NCBI RefSeq assembly: GCF_004211145.1
Contig: NZ_SEBS01000015.1
Span: 27,760-91,759, forward strand
DNA: 64,000 nt
DNA from: Flavobacterium sp.
GTDB lineage: Bacteria; Bacteroidota; Bacteroidia; Flavobacteriales; Flavobacteriaceae
Direction: 5' to 3'
The position numbers and the translations under genes are program-made. This document shows, one piece after another, positions 27,671 to 37,836 of the stretch. The notes below the pieces were generated by a model, which did not search any database, was not told the DNA's origin, and saw only the letters and a list, made by a program, of their open reading frames with translations. Numbering within the stretch: position 1 is the first letter of the stretch; each line of letters opens with the position of its first letter.

Positions 27671-28495
27671 TTAAAATTTTAGTTCGGCAAGAACAGGCAA
27701 ATGATCCGACGGATACTTACAATCCCTTGAATCACTAAGCACGGCGAACTTTTTAACTTCGATATTCCCCGATGTAAAAATGTAATCGATAAGCAATGTG
27801 ACGGGCTCGTGAAACTTGAATCCGCTGAACGTCCCGGCCGGCCCAAATGGTTTCGTCTTACTAACGTTGCGCGCGTCATTCAATTCGTTGACGATGCTTT
27901 TATAGGCGCCGGTCGTCATTTCGCTGTTGAAATCGCCCGTTAGGATTACGGGAAGTTTTTTGGTGTTTATTTCGTTGATCTTTTGGAGGATGAGCTTCGC
28001 GCCGTTCGTACGCGCGACTTCGCCGATGTGATCCATATGCGTATTGAAAACATAAAATTTCTTTTTCGACTTTTTGTCCTCGAACAATCCGTAGCTGCAG
28101 ATGCGTTCGAGCGCGGCATCCCAGCCTTTTGACATTTTTTCGGGCGTCTCAGACAGCCAGAACGTATTTTGCGAAATCAGTTTGAACTTTTTCGCGTTGT
28201 AGAAAATCGCACTGTATTCGCCTTGGGTTTCCGAATTGTCGCGACCGCGCCCAATGTAGGCGTGATCGACCAAAACGCTGTCCAAATATTTGATCTGATG
28301 TAATTTTCCTTCCTGGGTTCCGATGAAATCGGCTTCGTTGTACGAAATCTGGTCGGCGAGGAATTCGCGTCGGAACTCCCAATTGTTTTCCCCGTCGCCA
28401 CCAAAATCCACGCGGATATTGTAAGACATGACTTTTATATTCTGGGCCGAGGCAGCGAATGCAAGTAGAAAAATGAGAAGGAATTTTGGGCGCAT
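27671..28495 (-). CDS. Endonuclease/exonuclease/phosphatase (EEP) family protein
   Basis: MRPKFLLIFLLAFAASAQ signal peptide from ATG 28495. EEP motifs VMSYNIR, GTQEG, NTHMDH, GDFN and SDHLPV. Confidence 0.85.
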   Translation of the reverse strand: MRPKFLLIFLLAFAASAQNIKVMSYNIRVDFGGDGENNWEFRREFLADQISYNEADFIGTQEGKLHQIKYLDSVLVDHAYIGRGRDNSETQGEYSAIFYNAKKFKLISQNTFWLSETPEKMSKGWDAALERICSYGLFEDKKSKKKFYVFNTHMDHIGEVARTNGAKLILQKINEINTKKLPVILTGDFNSEMTTGAYKSIVNELNDARNVSKTKPFGPAGTFSGFKFHEPVTLLIDYIFTSGNIEVKKFAVLSDSRDCKYPSDHLPVLAELKF

Positions 28496-28618
28496 GGACA
28501 AGTATTTACACAAATATAGCAAGCCGTTGCCAAATCCTGCAACAAAGCCCGCGAATAATATAACCGGTTCCCGAAATCGATTTCTAACTTTAAACTCTAA
28601 ACAAAAACAACCGAAATT

Positions 28619-29155
28619 ATGGACAGTATCAACAAAAACCAGAAAGAAGATAATTTTAAGGACGTATTCGGCGAAGAAGCCATCGACAAGATCAAGTCGC
28701 TTGCAGGAAAAGCGGGTTCGTGCTTCATGTGTACGAAGATTGAAACGGGAAACAGTTTTTCAGCCCGTCCGATGGCGCCCGAAAAAATCGACGACGACGC
28801 GAACTTCTGGTTCCTAAGCGCGAACGACAGCCATAAAAATAAAGAGCTCGAAAAAGATCCGGCCGTGCAATTGCTCTTCCAGGGCTCGAGTTACAGCGAT
28901 TTTCTTTCGATTTATGGACGCGCCGAAATCTCGCGCGACGCACAGAAAATCGACGAACTCTGGGACGCCCAAATGAAAACCTGGTTTACTGAAGGCAAGG
29001 ATGATCCGAGAATCACCGTAATCAAAGTCGTCCCGACCGAAGGTTACTACTGGGATACGAAGAACGGCATGCTCGTCGCGATGGCGAAACGACTTTACGG
29101 AGCGGCAGTCGGGGAGACGTATGACGATTCGATTGAGGGGAATATTCGGCCGTAG
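28619..29155 (+). CDS. Pyridoxamine 5'-phosphate oxidase-like FMN-binding protein (general stress protein 26 type)
   Basis: 178 aa with CFMCT....SARPM, FWFLS, SDFLSIYGRAEI and PRITVIKV.P..GYYWD motifs, typical of the GSP26/YdaG family. Confidence 0.8.
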   Translation: MDSINKNQKEDNFKDVFGEEAIDKIKSLAGKAGSCFMCTKIETGNSFSARPMAPEKIDDDANFWFLSANDSHKNKELEKDPAVQLLFQGSSYSDFLSIYGRAEISRDAQKIDELWDAQMKTWFTEGKDDPRITVIKVVPTEGYYWDTKNGMLVAMAKRLYGAAVGETYDDSIEGNIRP

Positions 29156-29499
29156 TTGCTGTAGGCTGTAGGCTTTAGGCTTTAAGCTTTAAGCAGTAGG
29201 CTTCTTTTAAGGTAAGGACGACGAGTTTGTTCAGATTGAAGTTAGTCGTTACGTGATTTGCTTTAGGCTGTATGCTTTACGCAATAGGCTTTCGTGTAAA
29301 GTGCGGATGACGATTTCGGTTAATATCTGACAATCTTTTATAAATAGAAAAAGCGGTTTTCAACAATTGAGAACCGCTTTTATTTTTAGTGTATCAGTTT
29401 GACATTTCGAATTCGAAACTGCGTCCAAGTTATTTGGAACCGTTGTTGAATCTAGGATACGTAAGGCCTAAAGCTTACAGCATAAAGCCTAAAGCAAAA
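29156..29499. repeat. TAGGCT/TAAGCT word arrays as inverted pair flanking a bidirectional terminator
   Basis: 29156-29204 reads TTGCTGTAGGCTGTAGGCTTTAGGCTTTAAGCTTTAAGCAGTAGGCTTC. 29257-29292 (TTTGCTTTAGGCTGTATGCTTTACGCAATAGGCTTT) is inverted against 29462-29498; the perfect 13-nt core is 29257-29269 against 29486-29498. The arrays begin directly after the stops of both convergent genes. Confidence 0.65.
29348..29387. terminator. Bidirectional Rho-independent terminator
   Basis: AAAGCGGTTTTC (29350-29361) pairs with GAGAACCGCTTT (29369-29380), including one G-U pair. Loop is AACAATT. An A-run lies upstream and a T-run downstream. Confidence 0.8.
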
Positions 29500-30600
29500 T
29501 TAAACTTCTTCCTCCCGTTGCCCCATCATCATCAAGAACGCCTTCAAAAACTCGTCGATCTCACCGTTCATCACGGCGTCGACGTTGCTCGTTTCGTATG
29601 AAGTCCGAACGTCTTTGACGAGTTTGTACGGTTGCATCACGTAGTTTCGGATTTGGGAACCCCATTCGATCTTCATCTTTCCGGCCTCGATGTCGTTGCG
29701 CTGTTCCTGTTGTTTCTTGAGTTCGATTTCATACAACTGGGATTTCAACATCTGCATCGCGCGTTGGCGGTTGTCGTGCTGTGAACGCGTTTCGGAGCAT
29801 TGTATCTGGATTCCCGTCGGCTTGTGGAGTAATTGCACTTTGGTTTCGACCTTGTTCACATTTTGTCCGCCCGCGCCCGACGAACGAGCCGTCGTGATTT
29901 CGATGTCGGCAGGATTGATCTCGATCTCGATCGTATCGTCGACCAGAGGATAAACATATACCGAAACAAATGAGGTATGGCGTTTCGCATTACTGTCGAA
30001 AGGCGAGATGCGCACCAATCGATGCACGCCGTTTTCACCTTTGAGCCATCCGAACGAAAAATCACCTTCAATCTCGAGCGTCACGGTCTTGATTCCTGCG
30101 ACTTCACCTTCCTGGAAGTTGAGTTCCTTTACCTTGTATCCGTGTTTTTCGGCCCACATCAAATACATGCGCATGAGCATAGACGCCCAATCGCAACTTT
30201 CGGTTCCTCCGGCGCCTGCTGTAATTTGGAGTACGGCTGACAGGGAATCGCCTTCGTCGGCGAGCATGTTCCGGAATTCGATGTTTTCGACGTGTGAATT
30301 GGCATTTGCGTATGCTTCGTCGAGTTCTTCTTCAGACAATTCGCCTTCACGATAAAATTCGAATGCGAGTTGGAGTTCATCGGCGAGCACGAGCGCTTTC
30401 TCGTAATCCTGTACCCAGGCTTTCTTGCCGCGCAGGATTTTAACGAACGCTTCGGCTTCCTTGGCGTTGTTCCAGAAGTTGGGCGCGAGCGTCTTCTCTT
30501 CGTCGTTCGCGATCTCTATTTGTTTTCTATCGATGTCGAGGTAATTGCGAAGCGCGTTGACACGTTCTGAAATATCTTTTACCTGTTCGGAATTCGTCAT
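29500..30600 (-). CDS. prfB: Peptide chain release factor 2 (single continuous frame)
   Basis: SPF tripeptide (..[15 protein letters not shown]..) and GGQ motif ([14 protein letters not shown]). ATG at 30600 (MTNSEQVKD..) is preferred over the listed TTG at 30621. There is no in-frame stop at the usual frameshift position (..RNYLDIDRK.. = TAC CTC GAC). Confidence 0.93.
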   Translation of the reverse strand: MTNSEQVKDISERVNALRNYLDIDRKQIEIANDEEKTLAPNFWNNAKEAEAFVKILRGKKAWVQDYEKALVLADELQLAFEFYREGELSEEELDEAYANANSHVENIEFRNMLADEGDSLSAVLQITAGAGGTESCDWASMLMRMYLMWAEKHGYKVKELNFQEGEVAGIKTVTLEIEGDFSFGWLKGENGVHRLVRISPFDSNAKRHTSFVSVYVYPLVDDTIEIEINPADIEITTARSSGAGGQNVNKVETKVQLLHKPTGIQIQCSETRSQHDNRQRAMQMLKSQLYEIELKKQQEQRNDIEAGKMKIEWGSQIRNYVMQPYKLVKDVRTSYETSNVDAVMNGEIDEFLKAFLMMMGQREEEV

Positions 30601-30717
30601 ATTTATATAATCTTGTGGCAAAAATACGCAAATAGAAACCTTTTGAAAAGCGTTGTTTCCAATTCGCTGGACGAAGCTCGCAATATTTATTTATCTTTAG
30701 GATATAAAACCTACACT

Positions 30718-31065
30718 ATGAAACTCACGAAAATTTTTTTACTCGCTTTTTTTGTTCTAATCGGCAGCCAATCAGCATTTTGCCAGGATTCGAAGGATGT
30801 GAAGCACAAACGCAGCTATTCGAAACCCGGAAATCGTCATAAATCGGCGACCCCGAAATTAGTCGACAACAGCGATCTAGTCGGAATCAAAGCGCCCGCG
30901 GCTTACCTGAAACTGCAAAGCCGTGGATTCGGGGAAGTCAAGGAAGTCCGCGACGGCGCCAACACGTACAAACTTTTCTTCAACGCCAAATCGTCACAAT
31001 GTATCAAGACGACGAGCCGTGACGGAAAAATTTCATCGGTAAAAGCGGCCACGAATTGCCAGTGA
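30718..31065 (+). CDS. Hypothetical small secreted protein
   Basis: ATG 30718 gives MKLTKIFLLAFFVLIGSQSAFCQ, a signal peptide. Followed by a strong terminator. Confidence 0.55.
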   Translation: MKLTKIFLLAFFVLIGSQSAFCQDSKDVKHKRSYSKPGNRHKSATPKLVDNSDLVGIKAPAAYLKLQSRGFGEVKEVRDGANTYKLFFNAKSSQCIKTTSRDGKISSVKAATNCQ

Positions 31066-31084
31066 CACATTTTACGAAAATTTT

Positions 31085-31115
31085 AAATCCTCATATTTCG
31101 TGAGGATTTTTTTTT
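31085..31115 (+). terminator. Rho-independent terminator
   Basis: AAATCCTCA (31085-31093) pairs with TGAGGATTT (31101-31109). Loop is TATTTCG and the T-run extends to 31115. Confidence 0.8.
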
Positions 31116-31160
31116 GGCCGTATTTTGCATAAGCCAAGCGGCAACAACAACGAATACTTT

Positions 31161-32186
31161 ATGGAAATAAATCTCGTAAGCGACACGGTGACCAAACCGA
31201 CACCTGAAATGCTCGAATATATGTTCAAGGCCGAAGTCGGGGACGACGTCTACAAACAAGACCCGACCGTAAACGCCTTGCAGCGAATGGTTGCCAATAT
31301 CTTCGGGATGGAAGACGCTCTGTTCTTTCCGTCAGGGACGATGGCCAACCAGACCGCGATAAAATTGCATACGAATCCCGGAGAGCAACTCATCGCCGAT
31401 AAATATGCCCACGTTTTCAATTACGAAGGCGGAGGCGTTTCGTTCAACAGCGGCGTCTCCTGCCATCTTTTGGAAGGCGATCGCGGCATGATCAACGCGC
31501 AGCAGGTCGAATCGGCGATCAATCCGCCCGATTTCTATCACAGCCCGCTCACGTCGTTGGTCTGCGTCGAGAATACGACGAACAAAGGCGGTGGCGCATG
31601 TTACGACATAGCCGAATTGCAAAAGATCCGTCAGGTTTGCGACAAGCACAATCTGAAATTCCATTTGGATGGCGCGCGATTGTGGAACGCTCTGGTCGCC
31701 AAACGCGAAAATCCGAGATTGTACGGTGAAACTTTCCACACGATTTCAGTCTGTTTGTCTAAAGGTTTGGGCGCTCCGATCGGATCGCTTTTGGTTTCAG
31801 ACAAGGAAACGATCAACAGGGCGCTGCGCATCCGGAAAATCCTCGGCGGCGGCATGCGTCAGGTCGGATATTCGGCGGCTGCGGGAATTTACGCTTTGCA
31901 GCACCACGTCGGGCGTTTGGCCGAAGATCACCGACGCGCGAAGGAACTCGGTTACATACTAAGCCAGAAAAATTGGGTACACCAAGTCGAACCGATCGAG
32001 ACGAACATCCTGATCTTTACGATAAATCCTCGTTTGAACGAGCAGGTTTTCCTTGAGAAATTGAAGCAGAAAAACATCCACATCAGCAGCATGGGACAAG
32101 GAAAATTGCGCATCGTCACGCATTTGGATTATCGCGAGGTTATGCATAGTTATGTGGTGGAAACGTTGCAGAAATTGGAATTCTGA
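31161..32186 (+). CDS. ltaE: Low-specificity L-threonine aldolase
   Basis: DTVTKPT..ML, GDDVY..DPTVN, GTMANQ and the PLP-lysine context LSKGLGAPIGS. ATG 31161 is preferred. Confidence 0.9.
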   Translation: MEINLVSDTVTKPTPEMLEYMFKAEVGDDVYKQDPTVNALQRMVANIFGMEDALFFPSGTMANQTAIKLHTNPGEQLIADKYAHVFNYEGGGVSFNSGVSCHLLEGDRGMINAQQVESAINPPDFYHSPLTSLVCVENTTNKGGGACYDIAELQKIRQVCDKHNLKFHLDGARLWNALVAKRENPRLYGETFHTISVCLSKGLGAPIGSLLVSDKETINRALRIRKILGGGMRQVGYSAAAGIYALQHHVGRLAEDHRRAKELGYILSQKNWVHQVEPIETNILIFTINPRLNEQVFLEKLKQKNIHISSMGQGKLRIVTHLDYREVMHSYVVETLQKLEF

Positions 32187-32671
32187 TGGGACTTTTTGAT
32201 TTTTTCCGACGGAACTCGGATCATGTCGATTGGGAATCAATCCAAAAATCAAGTGACGTCTATCCAGAAGAAACGATTGCCGTAATCCTGACCAAAACTG
32301 AATCGGGAAAAGCGGCGACCGGACAAATAAATACTGCTTACGTAAACTATCCGTACAAAAAGCAATGTGCTTACGATTTGCAGTTTTCGGTTGAAATGCC
32401 AAACGAGGACAATCCCGATTTTCCCGATATGATGTCGATTGAGGATTTCTTTCTCGACGCGCTCCGAAAAAAATGTGTCGCGCATCGCGTGTCGCGTGTT
32501 ACGACCGACTTTGGGTTTATCATGGACGTTTATGTGGACGACGCTCAATCGGCTCAGGAAATTTTGACCGAAATAAATGACAGGGAAAATCTTGGTTTTG
32601 AGTTCGGTTGCGGATTCAATTACGACCCGAAATGGAAAGAATACAAACGCGTTCTTAAAACGTTTACCTGA
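32186..32671 (+). CDS. Hypothetical protein (possibly DUF695-like)
   Basis: 161-aa ORF whose ATG overlaps the ltaE stop (TGATG). The family call is from memory only. Confidence 0.55.
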   Translation: MGLFDFFRRNSDHVDWESIQKSSDVYPEETIAVILTKTESGKAATGQINTAYVNYPYKKQCAYDLQFSVEMPNEDNPDFPDMMSIEDFFLDALRKKCVAHRVSRVTTDFGFIMDVYVDDAQSAQEILTEINDRENLGFEFGCGFNYDPKWKEYKRVLKTFT

Positions 32672-33323
32672 TTTGTCGCTTTAAACCAATCACCGAATCG
32701 CTGAGCACAAAAGCTTCGTTTTCATCGCGACGATTTGAATATCGCGTCAATACAAGTTCAGATTTGGTAAACCCGTATTTCCAGGCTTCTCCGTTGATCA
32801 GCATCGTACGCGAATCATAATTCCATAAGGTTCCGACTCTGGGCCGAACGGAAAAAGTTTTGAGTTTTCCGAAGTTTTCGATGCGCCCGTTTGGAGTGAA
32901 GATCACTTTTACATCTCCGTATTTATAAGTTCCCGCGATGAGTTTTCTGTTCAGATAATCGGAAAGCGCTTTGACATCGATTCCTTTTGGGCCGATAATT
33001 TTTTCGCTCGCATTGATTTTTATGAATTCTCCTTCGTGCGTATCGATGTTGATAAATGTTTCCAAACGTATCGTGGAATCGTTGACGATGCGGTTTTTTT
33101 CGTCTTCAAAATTTCTTTTGGAAATCGTTCCCCAGGTTTTTACTGTTCCGTAGTAGGTTATCTCGTTTTTGGAAACTTTGGCGAGATACTTTTCGGCATA
33201 ATCATCTTTGTAATTTTCTTTTTCGACGTAGTTTTTGAGAATGTAAATGCCTTCGTCGAAGGTCTGCTTTTTTTGACAGCGGAAAACGAAGAAAAGTGCG
33301 AACAGGATGATTAGGTTTTTCAT
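32664..33323 (-). CDS. Hypothetical secreted/lipoprotein
   Basis: ATG 33323 gives MKNLIILFALFFVFRCQKK, a signal/lipobox-like sequence. The upstream extension to 33389 is unlikely. Confidence 0.6.
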   Translation of the reverse strand: MKNLIILFALFFVFRCQKKQTFDEGIYILKNYVEKENYKDDYAEKYLAKVSKNEITYYGTVKTWGTISKRNFEDEKNRIVNDSTIRLETFINIDTHEGEFIKINASEKIIGPKGIDVKALSDYLNRKLIAGTYKYGDVKVIFTPNGRIENFGKLKTFSVRPRVGTLWNYDSRTMLINGEAWKYGFTKSELVLTRYSNRRDENEAFVLSDSVIGLKRQIR

Positions 33324-33492
33324 TGGAAAGAAATCGTTCGGCAACTTGACCGCGTTAGGGATACAAGCGAAAATCCTTTTGTAAAACAAAAGATTGCAGC
33401 GGTAGCCCGACGGCGCAACTTACTCGTCCAATTTACAAAAAACTTCCATGCGCCGGAACGCCCAAATCTTCATTCTGAAACTTCTCGACCGC

Positions 33493-33519
33493 AATCTTTC
33501 AATCTTTCAATCTTTCAAT
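33493..33519. repeat. Tandem 8-mer AATCTTTC x3 abutting ybaB stop
   Basis: AATCTTTC repeats at 33493-33500, 33501-33508 and 33509-33516, then AAT. AAAGATTGC at 33390-33398 is a short inverted partner of GCAATCTTT at 33491-33499. Confidence 0.7.
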
Positions 33520-33842
33520 TATTTAAACAAATCCATCCCCGGAATGTTCGGCATATTCATCTTCGTTACCGCCTCAAGTTCGGCCTCGTTCACTTTTGTC
33601 GCTCTTTCGATCGCCTTATTGAGTGTCAAAATCAAATAATCCTCGAGTTGTTCCTTGTCTTCAAGCAGCGAATCGTCGATGCTGATGGACTTGATTTTGC
33701 GGTTTGCTGTGATCGTGACCTTGAGCAAGCCGTCGCCGCTTTGCTCGTCAACGAGAACAGTGTCAAGGCGTTGTTTCGTCTCTTCGATTTTTTGTTGGGT
33801 TTCCTGCAGTTTTCCCATCATTCCCATTAAGTCTCCAAACAT
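33519..33842 (-). CDS. ybaB: YbaB/EbfC-family nucleoid-associated protein
   Basis: 107 aa. [27 protein letters not shown]-terminus and ..[20 protein letters not shown].. are typical of the YbaB family. Confidence 0.9.
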   Translation of the reverse strand: MFGDLMGMMGKLQETQQKIEETKQRLDTVLVDEQSGDGLLKVTITANRKIKSISIDDSLLEDKEQLEDYLILTLNKAIERATKVNEAELEAVTKMNMPNIPGMDLFK

Positions 33843-33974
33843 GTCTTTTATTTTTTAAATGCTTGCGAATTTACTAAATTGCAGCTAAACACCCTAGTTA
33901 AGAAAAGTTCAAAATCGTGTAAAAACGGTTTCTTTTACGTTAAATTTGCGCGACTCCAAAAAACAAGAAATAAA

Positions 33975-36035
33975 ATGCCGGAACCTTTAAAAGCCCCGAT
34001 TGCCGCGGTAAAACCTCACCGCCTCGAGATGCACGGGGATGTTCGCATCGATAATTATTATTGGCTCAACGACCGCGAGAATCCTGAGGTCATCGATTAT
34101 TTGAACCAGGAAAACGACTATTACCAAAAAATGACGGTGGGCCAAGAGCCGCTTCGTGAGGCGCTTTTCATCGAAATGAAGGCGCGCATCAAGGAGGACG
34201 ACGAGTCGGTGCCGTATTTCTACAACGGTTATTGGTATATCACGCGTTTCGAGACGGGAAAGGATTATCCGATCTATTCGCGTAAGAAGGAAAGTTTGGA
34301 TGCGCCCGAGGAGATCCTGTTCGATTGCAATGAAATGGCGAAAGGGCACGCGTTTTTCCAGCTTGGAGGCGTGAGCATTTCCCCGAACAATAAATTCGCG
34401 TCGTTTGGCGTGGATTCGGTCGGACGCAGGATCTATACGATTCAGATCAAGAATCTCGAGACGAACGAAATTTTCCCTGACGTGATCGAAAACGCCGCGC
34501 CGAATTGCGTGTGGGCGAACGATAACGAAACGCTTTTCTTTACACGCCAAGACAAAAAAACGTTGCGCTCCGACAAGATTTACCGACATAAATTGAATAC
34601 GCCGTCAAGCGATGACGTATTGGTTTTCCATGAAAAGGACGATACGTTCCACGTGGGCGTCCACAAGGAAAAGTCGAAGAAATTCCTCGTAATCAGTTCC
34701 TCGAGCACGCTTACGAGCGAATCCAGGATTTTACTGGCCGACAATCCCGAAGGTGAATTCGAGGTGTTCCAAAAACGTGTACGCGGCCTGGAATACAGCA
34801 TCTCGCATTACGGCGACAGTTTCTACGTGATGACGAACAAGGACGAGGCGATAAATTTCAAGTTGATGAAAACGCCTGAGAATGCCACATCAAAAGAAAA
34901 CTGGCAGGAACTGATCCCGCATCGCGAGGATGTTCTGCTTGAAGGCATCGACATTTTCAAGGATTATCTGGTTATCGAGGAACGTTCGAACGGCCTCAAT
35001 AAAATCCATATCAAACCGTGGAGTGGGGAAGGCGCGTATTATCTGCCTTTTGAAATCGAAACGTACACGGCTTACACGACGACGAACGTGGATTTCGACA
35101 CGAATATATTGCGTTACGGTTACCAGTCGATGGCGACGCCTTCATCGGTGATCGATTTCAATATGGAAACCAAAGAGAAAACCGTTCGCAAGGAGCAACA
35201 GGTTCTGGGCGGTAAATTCAGCAAAGAAAATTACATTGAAGAACGCCAATGGGCAACTGCTTCGGACGGCACTAAAATACCTATTTCCCTCGTTTACAAT
35301 AAGAACGCGAAGAAGGACGGCAAAAATCCGTTGTTGCAATACGCGTACGGTTCGTACGGAGCGTCGATGGATCCGTATTTTTCGACAACGCGCCTGTCAT
35401 TGCTTGACCGCGGCTTTATCTATGCGATCGCGCACATTCGCGGAGGCGAGGATTTGGGCCGACAGTGGTATGAAGATGGAAAATTGTTGCAGAAAAAAAA
35501 CACGTTCACCGATTTCATCGATTGTTCGAAGTTCTTGATCGCTCAAGGTTACACGTCGCCCGAACATTTATATGCGGAAGGCGGATCGGCCGGAGGCTTG
35601 CTCATGGGAGCCGTCGCGAATATGGCGCCCGAGTTGTACAACGGCATCATTGCACAGGTTCCGTTCGTGGATGTGGTCACGACAATGCTCGATGACAGCA
35701 TTCCGCTGACGACGGGAGAATACGACGAATGGGGAAATCCCAATGAAAACGAATATTACGACTATATGAAGTCGTACTCGCCTTATGACAACGTCGAGGC
35801 AAAAGCCTATCCCAACATGTACGTTTCCACGGGATTACACGATTCCCAAGTGCAATATTGGGAACCCGCGAAATGGGTCGCGAAATTGCGCGAAATGAAA
35901 ACAAACGACGCCTTACTTTTTCTCGATACGAACATGAAAGCGGGTCACGGCGGGGCTTCCGGACGTTTCGAGGCCTTGCGCGAGCTTGCAAGGGAGTTTA
36001 GTTTTTTACTAGATTTGGAAAAAATTAAAGACTGA
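33975..36035 (+). CDS. ptrB: S9A-family serine peptidase (oligopeptidase B / protease II-like)
   Basis: DNYYWLNDRENPEVIDYL N-terminus, catalytic GGSAGGLLMG serine motif and a C-terminal D/H region (GLHDSQV.., AGHGG). Confidence 0.88.
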   Translation: MPEPLKAPIAAVKPHRLEMHGDVRIDNYYWLNDRENPEVIDYLNQENDYYQKMTVGQEPLREALFIEMKARIKEDDESVPYFYNGYWYITRFETGKDYPIYSRKKESLDAPEEILFDCNEMAKGHAFFQLGGVSISPNNKFASFGVDSVGRRIYTIQIKNLETNEIFPDVIENAAPNCVWANDNETLFFTRQDKKTLRSDKIYRHKLNTPSSDDVLVFHEKDDTFHVGVHKEKSKKFLVISSSSTLTSESRILLADNPEGEFEVFQKRVRGLEYSISHYGDSFYVMTNKDEAINFKLMKTPENATSKENWQELIPHREDVLLEGIDIFKDYLVIEERSNGLNKIHIKPWSGEGAYYLPFEIETYTAYTTTNVDFDTNILRYGYQSMATPSSVIDFNMETKEKTVRKEQQVLGGKFSKENYIEERQWATASDGTKIPISLVYNKNAKKDGKNPLLQYAYGSYGASMDPYFSTTRLSLLDRGFIYAIAHIRGGEDLGRQWYEDGKLLQKKNTFTDFIDCSKFLIAQGYTSPEHLYAEGGSAGGLLMGAVANMAPELYNGIIAQVPFVDVVTTMLDDSIPLTTGEYDEWGNPNENEYYDYMKSYSPYDNVEAKAYPNMYVSTGLHDSQVQYWEPAKWVAKLREMKTNDALLFLDTNMKAGHGGASGRFEALRELAREFSFLLDLEKIKD

Positions 36036-36114
36036 TTAGATTTTTTTTGTTAATTTTGCAAGGATTCAAGGCTTGCCGAAAAGCATCCCACACCTTGATT
36101 AACTATTTTTTTTT

Positions 36115-37155
36115 ATGAAAGAAGAAATAAAAGCTTACAATAATGTCCTGGAATTAATCGGAAACACGCCTTTGATAAGGTTAAACCGTGTCACCGAAAA
36201 CCTCAAAGGAAATTTCTACGCCAAAGTAGAAGCTTTCAATCCGGGACACTCCACAAAAGACAGGATTGCCCTTTATATTATTGAAGAAGCTGAGAAAAAA
36301 GGAATTCTTTCACCAGGCGACACGATCATCGAGACGACTTCGGGTAACACCGGCTTCAGTCTCGCCATGGTCAGCATCATTAAAGGTTACAGCTGCGTTT
36401 TGGCCGTAAGTTCAAAATCTTCGAGAGATAAGATCGACATGCTCCGTTCAATGGGAGCGAAAGTATATGTTTGCCCGGCCCATGTTTCAGCCGACGACGA
36501 ACGTTCTTATTACAATGTTGCCAAGAGATTGCATGAAGAAATCAAAGGTTCGGTTTACATCAACCAATATTTCAACCAGCTTAACATCGACGCACATTAC
36601 AAGACTACAGGTCCTGAAATCTGGGAACAGACGGGCGGCCAAATCACGCATCTCATCGCGTGTAGCGGAACCGGTGGAACTATTTCAGGTGCCGCGAAAT
36701 TCCTAAAAGAGAAAAATCCGAACATCCGGATCCTGGGTGTCGACGCTTTCGGGTCGGTGCTTAAGAAATATCATGAAACCAAAGAATTCGACAACGACGA
36801 GATTTATCCGTACCGAATTGAAGGTCTCGGTAAAAACCTGATTCCATCGGCTACCGATTTCGATTTGATCGACAAGTTCATCAAGGTTACTGATGAAGCC
36901 AGCGCGCACGTGACACGTGAAATCGCCAAGAAAGAAGGTTTGTTCGTAGGTTATACATCGGGCGCAGTCCTGCAAGCGATCAAGCAATATGCCGAGGAAG
37001 GCGAATTCGACGAGAACAGCAATGTCGTCGCGATATTCCCTGACCACGGTTCGCGTTACATGAGCAAGGTGTTCAGCGATGAATGGATGAACGAGCAAGG
37101 TTTCTTTGACAGCGTGAATGCTGAGGAAGCTCAGAAGGTTGAATTTATTAAGTAA
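36115..37155 (+). CDS. PLP-dependent cysteine synthase / cystathionine beta-synthase family enzyme
   Basis: [11 protein letters not shown]-lysine context [21 protein letters not shown] and GTGGTISG motifs. 346 aa. A TAATTTTG -7-like box lies at 36051-36058. Confidence 0.85.
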   Translation: MKEEIKAYNNVLELIGNTPLIRLNRVTENLKGNFYAKVEAFNPGHSTKDRIALYIIEEAEKKGILSPGDTIIETTSGNTGFSLAMVSIIKGYSCVLAVSSKSSRDKIDMLRSMGAKVYVCPAHVSADDERSYYNVAKRLHEEIKGSVYINQYFNQLNIDAHYKTTGPEIWEQTGGQITHLIACSGTGGTISGAAKFLKEKNPNIRILGVDAFGSVLKKYHETKEFDNDEIYPYRIEGLGKNLIPSATDFDLIDKFIKVTDEASAHVTREIAKKEGLFVGYTSGAVLQAIKQYAEEGEFDENSNVVAIFPDHGSRYMSKVFSDEWMNEQGFFDSVNAEEAQKVEFIK

Positions 37156-37205
37156 TTGACAGTTGATAATTGACAATTGATAATTGACAATTGGTTTGAC
37201 AATAG
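37156..37205. repeat. TTGACAATTGATAA word array immediately after stop codon (left arm)
   Basis: TTGACAGTTGATAATTGACAATTGATAATTGACAATTGGTTTGACAAT starts at the first base after the TAA stop. 37165-37180 is the perfect reverse complement of 37857-37872. Confidence 0.8.
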
Positions 37206-37208
37206 TAG

Positions 37209-37235
37209 AACTCCGGATTATGTCCGGAGTTTTTT
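37209..37235 (+). terminator. Rho-independent terminator
   Basis: AACTCCGGA (37209-37217) pairs with TCCGGAGTT (37223-37231). Loop is TTATG, followed by a T-run. Confidence 0.85.
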
Positions 37236-37382
37236 CGTTTATAGGCTTTTTAGGATTTTGTGGGCGGGATTTATGTCTTTCATAGATTTGGGGCGGTCGA
37301 ATTTGAAATACATATAATTGGTGATGACTTTAGTCCGGACGTCGCGGGCATTTTTCGGATTGCTCCAACAATCGATTAAGTA

Positions 37383-37690
37383 TCATCGAATCATGAAAAT
37401 GCGTGACTCCATGTGTTTCATATCCCGAAATTTCGATGTTTTCTTTGCATCCGACCAAGTCATGGAATTTATACACGACTGTTTCGGGAGCGAATATGTC
37501 ATGTCCAAATCACCATCGAAGCATTTCATCACTATAGTGGATTTACCGCTAAACGGACCGCGCCCGATCTTTGCCGAGCTCAACAACCTGAAAACACACG
37601 GGCCTTTTTTGCAGCTGCTGTGTAGCGACTCGATCTCGCTTTCGGGAATTATCCGATGTCGATCTTCGTCCATCGCAAGCCAATTCCCGA
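37383..37690 (-). pseudogene. Possible C-terminal remnant of an alpha/beta-hydrolase (S9/dienelactone-hydrolase-like) gene
   Basis: Part of minus ORF 37383-37853. ..DEDRHRIIPESEIESLHSSCKKGPCVFRLL..GRGPFSG.. loosely resembles the G.D..VP...S..L..ALKK.G.PVE......GHGF C-terminal block. The listed ORF start overlaps the yebC terminator, so the full ORF is unlikely to be a gene. Confidence 0.25.
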
Positions 37691-37789
37691 TTCGGCTTGT
37701 TCGAATGTAACACGGAAGCGACCAATGCCAATGCAAGCATGAACCCTCCAAAAAGTTAACCCGCATCCAAAAAATTGATTTATCCGCAT

Positions 37790-37816
37790 AAAAAAAAGCC
37801 CCGGAATCCCAAGGCT
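37790..37816 (-). terminator. Strand-specific Rho-independent terminator of yebC-family gene
   Basis: The minus-strand RNA GCCUUGG-GAUU-CCGGGGC forms a 7-bp stem with two G-U pairs, followed by U8 (forward A-run 37790-37797). Confidence 0.65.
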
Positions 37817-37836
37817 CATATCTACTCCAAAAGCAA

